A program made the translations under genes and the position numbers. Below the pieces are notes generated by a model, which had not been told where the DNA came from, did no database searches, and saw nothing but the letters and a program-made list of their open reading frames with translations. This document shows, piece by piece, positions 58,834 through 64,000 of a stretch of 64,000 nt of DNA (within the stretch, counting starts at the first letter, position 1; every line of letters begins with the position of its first letter). Origin of the DNA: Octopus sinensis (lineage: Eukaryota); NCBI RefSeq assembly GCF_006345805.1, contig NC_043008.1, positions 29,202,001 through 29,266,000 of the forward strand, written 5' to 3'.

Positions 58834-58911
<78 letters not shown>

Positions 58912-59428
58912 GTAAATGTGATTAACGAATGGCCACATGCATATGATTTATCAATAAAATTATAACTATACTGCATGCGCAAATACTCACACGCACGTAT
59001 ATACACACACACTCTAGTACAGAAACACGCAGTCGTACAAATATGTGTGTGTGCTAGTATGGGCGTGTGCGTGCGTGTGCGCGCACAAATATGCTTATAT
59101 GTTATGTGAGTATGTTTCATGAAAACCAAAAACAAGCTCGAAGCTTATATATTGAAACCAATAAATAACTACGTCTGTGAGTGTGTGTGTGTCTGTTTGT
59201 GTGTTGAGGCATGTGTGTTGCAGTTCTCTATCCACCATGACGGGTTCAAGAAATATATAAATATGTGTAAGTATGCCTTTCATGTTATATTAATCTACAT
59301 GTGAGGCGTGAGACTATATTTAAAACACACACAAACACACACACACACGCACGTGTGTGTGTGTGTGTATATGCATACGTAGATGCGAAGCGACGTTAGT
59401 CTTGAGATCATGCATCATTAATATATAT

Positions 59429-59502
<74 letters not shown>

Positions 59503-59826
59503 TATGTGTGTATCAAAAGTTCTTATTTCGTTGTTTATAGCCTCAGGTCGATTTTCATCAAAAGCGTTTTACTTGCGATTATATGGTCGTTTGATTTTCG
59601 AAATGTATGTCTGTCTATATTTCCGTCAGGCTGTTTGTGCGTGTTTTTCTAAATATCTATCTTAAAAGGAATGTTTACATGTTTATAAATGGAGATGAAC
59701 GGACACACACACAGACACACACACACGTACATGTTTCTTTATACATACTATACAACAAAAATATATCTATATACTGTCGTGTTCTTTCCTGTCCAACCCA
59801 TTACTTATACATACAATAGATACATA

Positions 59827-59878
<52 letters not shown>

Positions 59879-60216
59879 ATATTATATATATTATATATAT
59901 ATATATATGTATATATAAATACATGCAGACACACACACTCACACAACAACAAGATAAGACTATATAATCACATAAACATGCCTACTACGTAATACAGTGT
60001 GTCCTGCTATTGATCTACTCGTTGTTTTTTCTTAATATTTACTTCTATGTCTAGCAGGTTGAATGTCTTTCACTAGCTAGACTATATTAACATTAATATG
60101 TATAAGCAAAAGTGAATGCCTCTACGCACGTTTGTAGGCATTTTCGTGTTATTTGTCACGAATGTACCTATATGTGTGTGTGTGTGATTATGTGTGTATA
60201 TCTATCTATCTTCCTG

Positions 60217-60271
<55 letters not shown>

Positions 60272-60779
60272 GTCTATCTATATACATATATATGTATATA
60301 TATACATACACACACACACACCCACACTCACACATATGTATATGTATAAATATACATGTTTCACATATACATATATAAAATGTGTATCAATACTTATGTA
60401 TGTATAAACTAAGCTAAATATAATATGTAAGTATACAGCGTACGTATTAATTAAGAAATAAAAGTATATGTAGGTTTATGAATTATATTTATGCTCTGTT
60501 ACCTCTAATTTACCAGAATATTATTCGGAAGGGTTCAACTTTAATACATACCGTTTTAATATCTAGCACTGTGCATTTAGAACTACTCAGTTCAATGTGA
60601 TCCACATCGCTTGTATATTCTTTTAGACGAGTATGTAATGTGAAATATTTTGTGCCACTTTGCTTGTATATACATTAAGATTAGATTGTAATTTCAGATA
60701 TTTCGTAGTTCTTTCTAACACGACAAAATAATTAACAAAAGAAGGTCAAGAAATTTATTGCACGTTGTCCATATTGTTT

Positions 60780-61221
60780 CACGCTGCTGTGTAATGGATT
60801 ATGTCAAGGATGGCAAAGTGTATAGGTTTCTGCCTTCCCTATGGATAACATTGGTGGTGTAGAGAGAGGAGGCGACTATGCACAGGCGACTGGTAGTCGT
60901 ACATAAACAACCGTACCCGGAATTGTGACACGGAGGTGAACATTATAGGTGCACTCCAATGATCATTTATAACTGAAGGGTGTCTTTAGCTTTATATTCT
61001 TTTATACAGCTAAAGACACCCTTCAGTTCTAAATGATCATTGGAGTGCACCTAGAATGTTCACCTCCGAGTCACAATTCCGGGTACGGTTGTTTATGTAC
61101 GACTACCAGTCGCCTGTGCATAGTCGCCTTCTCTCTCTACACCACCAATGTTATCCATGGGGAGGCAGAAACCTATACACTTTGCCACCCTTGACATCAT
61201 AATCCATTACACAGCAGCGTG
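60780..61221. repeat. Fold-back palindrome, arms about 217 bp
   Basis: 60780-60996 pairs with 61003-61221; 6-nt loop; about 7 substitutions and 2 small indels. Confidence 0.97.
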
Positions 61222-61225
61222 TGTT

Positions 61226-61420
61226 CTTTTATACTTTTGTTTCAGTCATTTGCCTGCGGCGATGATGGAGCACCGCCTTTAGTCGAGCAAATAGACCCCA
61301 GGACTTTAGCTTTGTAAGCCTAGTACTTATTCTATCGTTTACCTTTGCTGAAATTTAAAGTTACGGCGACATAAACACACAAGCATCGGTTGTCAAGATA
61401 TGGTCGGGGGATAATCATAG
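61226..61420 (-). mobile_element. SINE family A 3' half
   Basis: GGAGCACCGCCTTTAGTCGAGCAAAT.GACCCCAGGACTT...GTAAGCCTAGTACTTATTCT matches the reverse complement of 42790-42890; abuts the hairpin. Confidence 0.85.
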
Positions 61421-62217
61421 ACACACACACATATACATACACCGACCGAAACAGAAACGACGAACTGGAAAGCGACTGACGATAGAAAGTTCCGAATAAC
61501 CTGTTCATCATTTTACATGTATTTTGTGTCGTCTAACTGGCCGGATGATTTCTTCTCACCTGCTATGTTCATGTTCCATTTTTTGTTTTTCTTTATATAT
61601 ACATACGCACCTATATATATATATAGATATATATATATATATTATATTATATTATATATATATATATATAATATATATAGCATATTCATCTACCTCTGGT
61701 ATTTCAGTACTCTTCATTCTACCTTGTTTCGCATGTATGTGCTCACTTCCTCTCTCTCTCTAATATATATATATATATATACATAAATATAAATATATAT
61801 ATATAAATATATATATATAAATCTATATATATGTATATATGCATGTATGTATGTATATATATACATACATATACATACCTATATTTGTGTTCTCTAATTT
61901 TCACACGGGTAATTTAAATATGACTACAATACTTTAGATAAATTTAAGATTGTATAGGTCGTTTTGACGCCGAATTATTCAGCCAGCGACTGTGGGTTTT
62001 CTTTAGTTTGATAAAATGTAATTTCTACGTGTATGTAAATGTATATATATTTAGATACATACGTACACTTTTGTACAAAGGCTACCGTTAAAGTAGCATG
62101 TTATACATTGGCTCTTGATAGTATTACATCCTATATTTCTATAGCTTATAAGCGTAAGTATATATATTCAAGCATGTTAACATAGCGGAAACTTTTAAAG
62201 AATTTATGTATATATTG

Positions 62218-62273
<56 letters not shown>

Positions 62274-62760
62274 ATATATATATATATATGTATATGTATA
62301 TGTGAATACATATATATATATGTATATGTAAATGTATATATATATATATTGATATACATATATATATATATGTATGTATATACATATATATGTATACATA
62401 TGTATACGTGTATCTACGCGTATGTATGCGTGTGTGTGTGTGCGTGCGTGCGCGCGTTGTATTTCTGTAAGGGTTTACTACAATCTACATGAGGTAAATT
62501 CAGTATACGAATACATACGTAGTTTGACTATTTGTAAACACGGGAAAGGTTCAAAAGGGAACAGAGGACCGGGAAATCCGTGTGTGGAACATATCAAACT
62601 GATAATGTGTCAATAAGAAATCTTCTCCACTTGCGTCACTTCTAGAACTTACCGTTCTCTGTACGAATATGCATAGTCACACGCATGTATAGAGGCGCGC
62701 GCATATATTAGTATATCTATGCACGTATGCATATCAGTGGCTATCTATCTATCTATCTAA

Positions 62761-62792
<32 letters not shown>

Positions 62793-63133
62793 TTCTTCTG
62801 TTGTTTCATCTGAGAGCTGTAGCCATGCTGATGCACCACCGTTTTGCTACAATTTTATTACTAAGAGCCTCTTCTAATATATATATATTTCTTAAATATA
62901 GCCACGAAACACGTGTATTTATTTTAGCCAATATATACGTTTTGTTTATTATCTGGCACATTACTTAATCATTGATATATGTGTCTTATCTTATATTTAA
63001 TTTTTCTATAGGATGTAATTTATTTCTATGTGGTATAATCGAATTTTTTCATTGTTCAATTAATAAAATTTTTTCTAATTTATATACATATATACATATA
63101 AGACAAAAGGGTACGTGCGTCGCTATATATTTA

Positions 63134-63173
<40 letters not shown>

Positions 63174-63176
<3 letters not shown>

Positions 63177-63420
63177 AAAAAAATACAAACTGGGGCAACA
63201 ACGCAAAACATTTAGAAGACGATACAAAAAACACGGGAGGGACATTCGAAGCTTTCAATCTTCAGTCAAGAACCGGATCATTCTCGCATTTCGGCTGATA
63301 ATCTTGTGCGAGGATGATCCGGTTCTTGACTGAAGATTGAAGGCTTAGAATGTCCCGTCCGTGTTTTTTGTATCGTCTTCTAAATGCTTTGCGTTCTTGT
63401 CCAAGTTTGTATTTTTTTAC
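63174..63420. repeat. Fold-back palindrome, arms about 115 bp
   Basis: 63174-63288 pairs with 63307-63420; 18-nt loop TTTCGGCTGATAATCTTG; about 9 mismatches and 1 indel; TA-rich runs on both sides. Confidence 0.95.
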
Positions 63421-63431
63421 GTATGTGTATA

Positions 63432-63479
<48 letters not shown>

Positions 63480-63842
63480 ATAAATGAAAGAATGGAGACG
63501 TACGAAGACGTTAACAAAATTCCTTTACTCTCGACTTATGTTTCGAAGACAAATGTTTCATTCCAAGGAATAAAGGGTGCATTATGCAATCTTCTCATCA
63601 GGAAAGAAAGGGAGCCTCCGACAACAAACAAACAAAACAAAAAATTATCGCTTCGTTTACCATGTAGGCAGTCATCGAAATTTTTGTTTGTCTTTTGTCG
63701 AGAGAGGCACCCTTTCTTTCCTGATAGAAGATTGCATAATGCCCCTTTATTCCTTTGGAATGAAAATATGTTGTCTTCGAAACATATGTCGAGAGTAAAG
63801 GAATTTTGTTAACATTTCGTTCGACTCCATTCTTTCATTTAT
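63480..63842. repeat. Fold-back palindrome, arms about 170 bp
   Basis: ATAAATGAAAGAATGGAG (63480) pairs with CTCCATTCTTTCATTTAT (ends 63842); pairing continues inward to about 63651/63676; roughly 85-90% identity. Confidence 0.92.
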
Positions 63843-64000
63843 TCATATACAACACACAAATTCTGCACATGAATCCGGAGTTTCTACCTTGGCCAGGTCG
63901 CTTCAACCGTGTTTCTGACGTGAATTTGCTACCCCAGGTTTCGGTTAAACGAATTTTCCACGCTGACGATAGACATAAGATAATTCATTCACCTATTTAT

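Overview
AT-rich, microsatellite-dense eukaryotic DNA. It is most consistent with an octopus (coleoid cephalopod) genome, inferred from the SINE families and repeat landscape, not from a database search. Almost every ORF in the supplied track is a microsatellite or transposon artefact, and I could not assemble a complete host gene. Supported content: a full-length mariner (20917-22207) nested in a SINE; an older mariner (7765-9342) interrupted by a hairpin insertion; the IR/DR left end of a Tc1 element; remnants of an RTE LINE, Penelope-like elements, a Helitron and a LINE ORF1; a hAT MITE, a TA-flanked MITE and many tRNA-derived SINEs. The most striking unexplained structure is a set of unrelated long fold-back palindromes: 8890-9166, 20158-20585, 60780-61221, 63174-63420 and 63480-63842. 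One of them lies inside an insertion with a 16-bp target-site duplication, which points to a retro-type fold-back insertion mechanism. Weaker host-gene signals are a duplicated E2F/CCAAT/E-box module near 1.9-2.1 kb and a CARD-like candidate exon at 27665-27792. All coordinates and identities were counted by eye.
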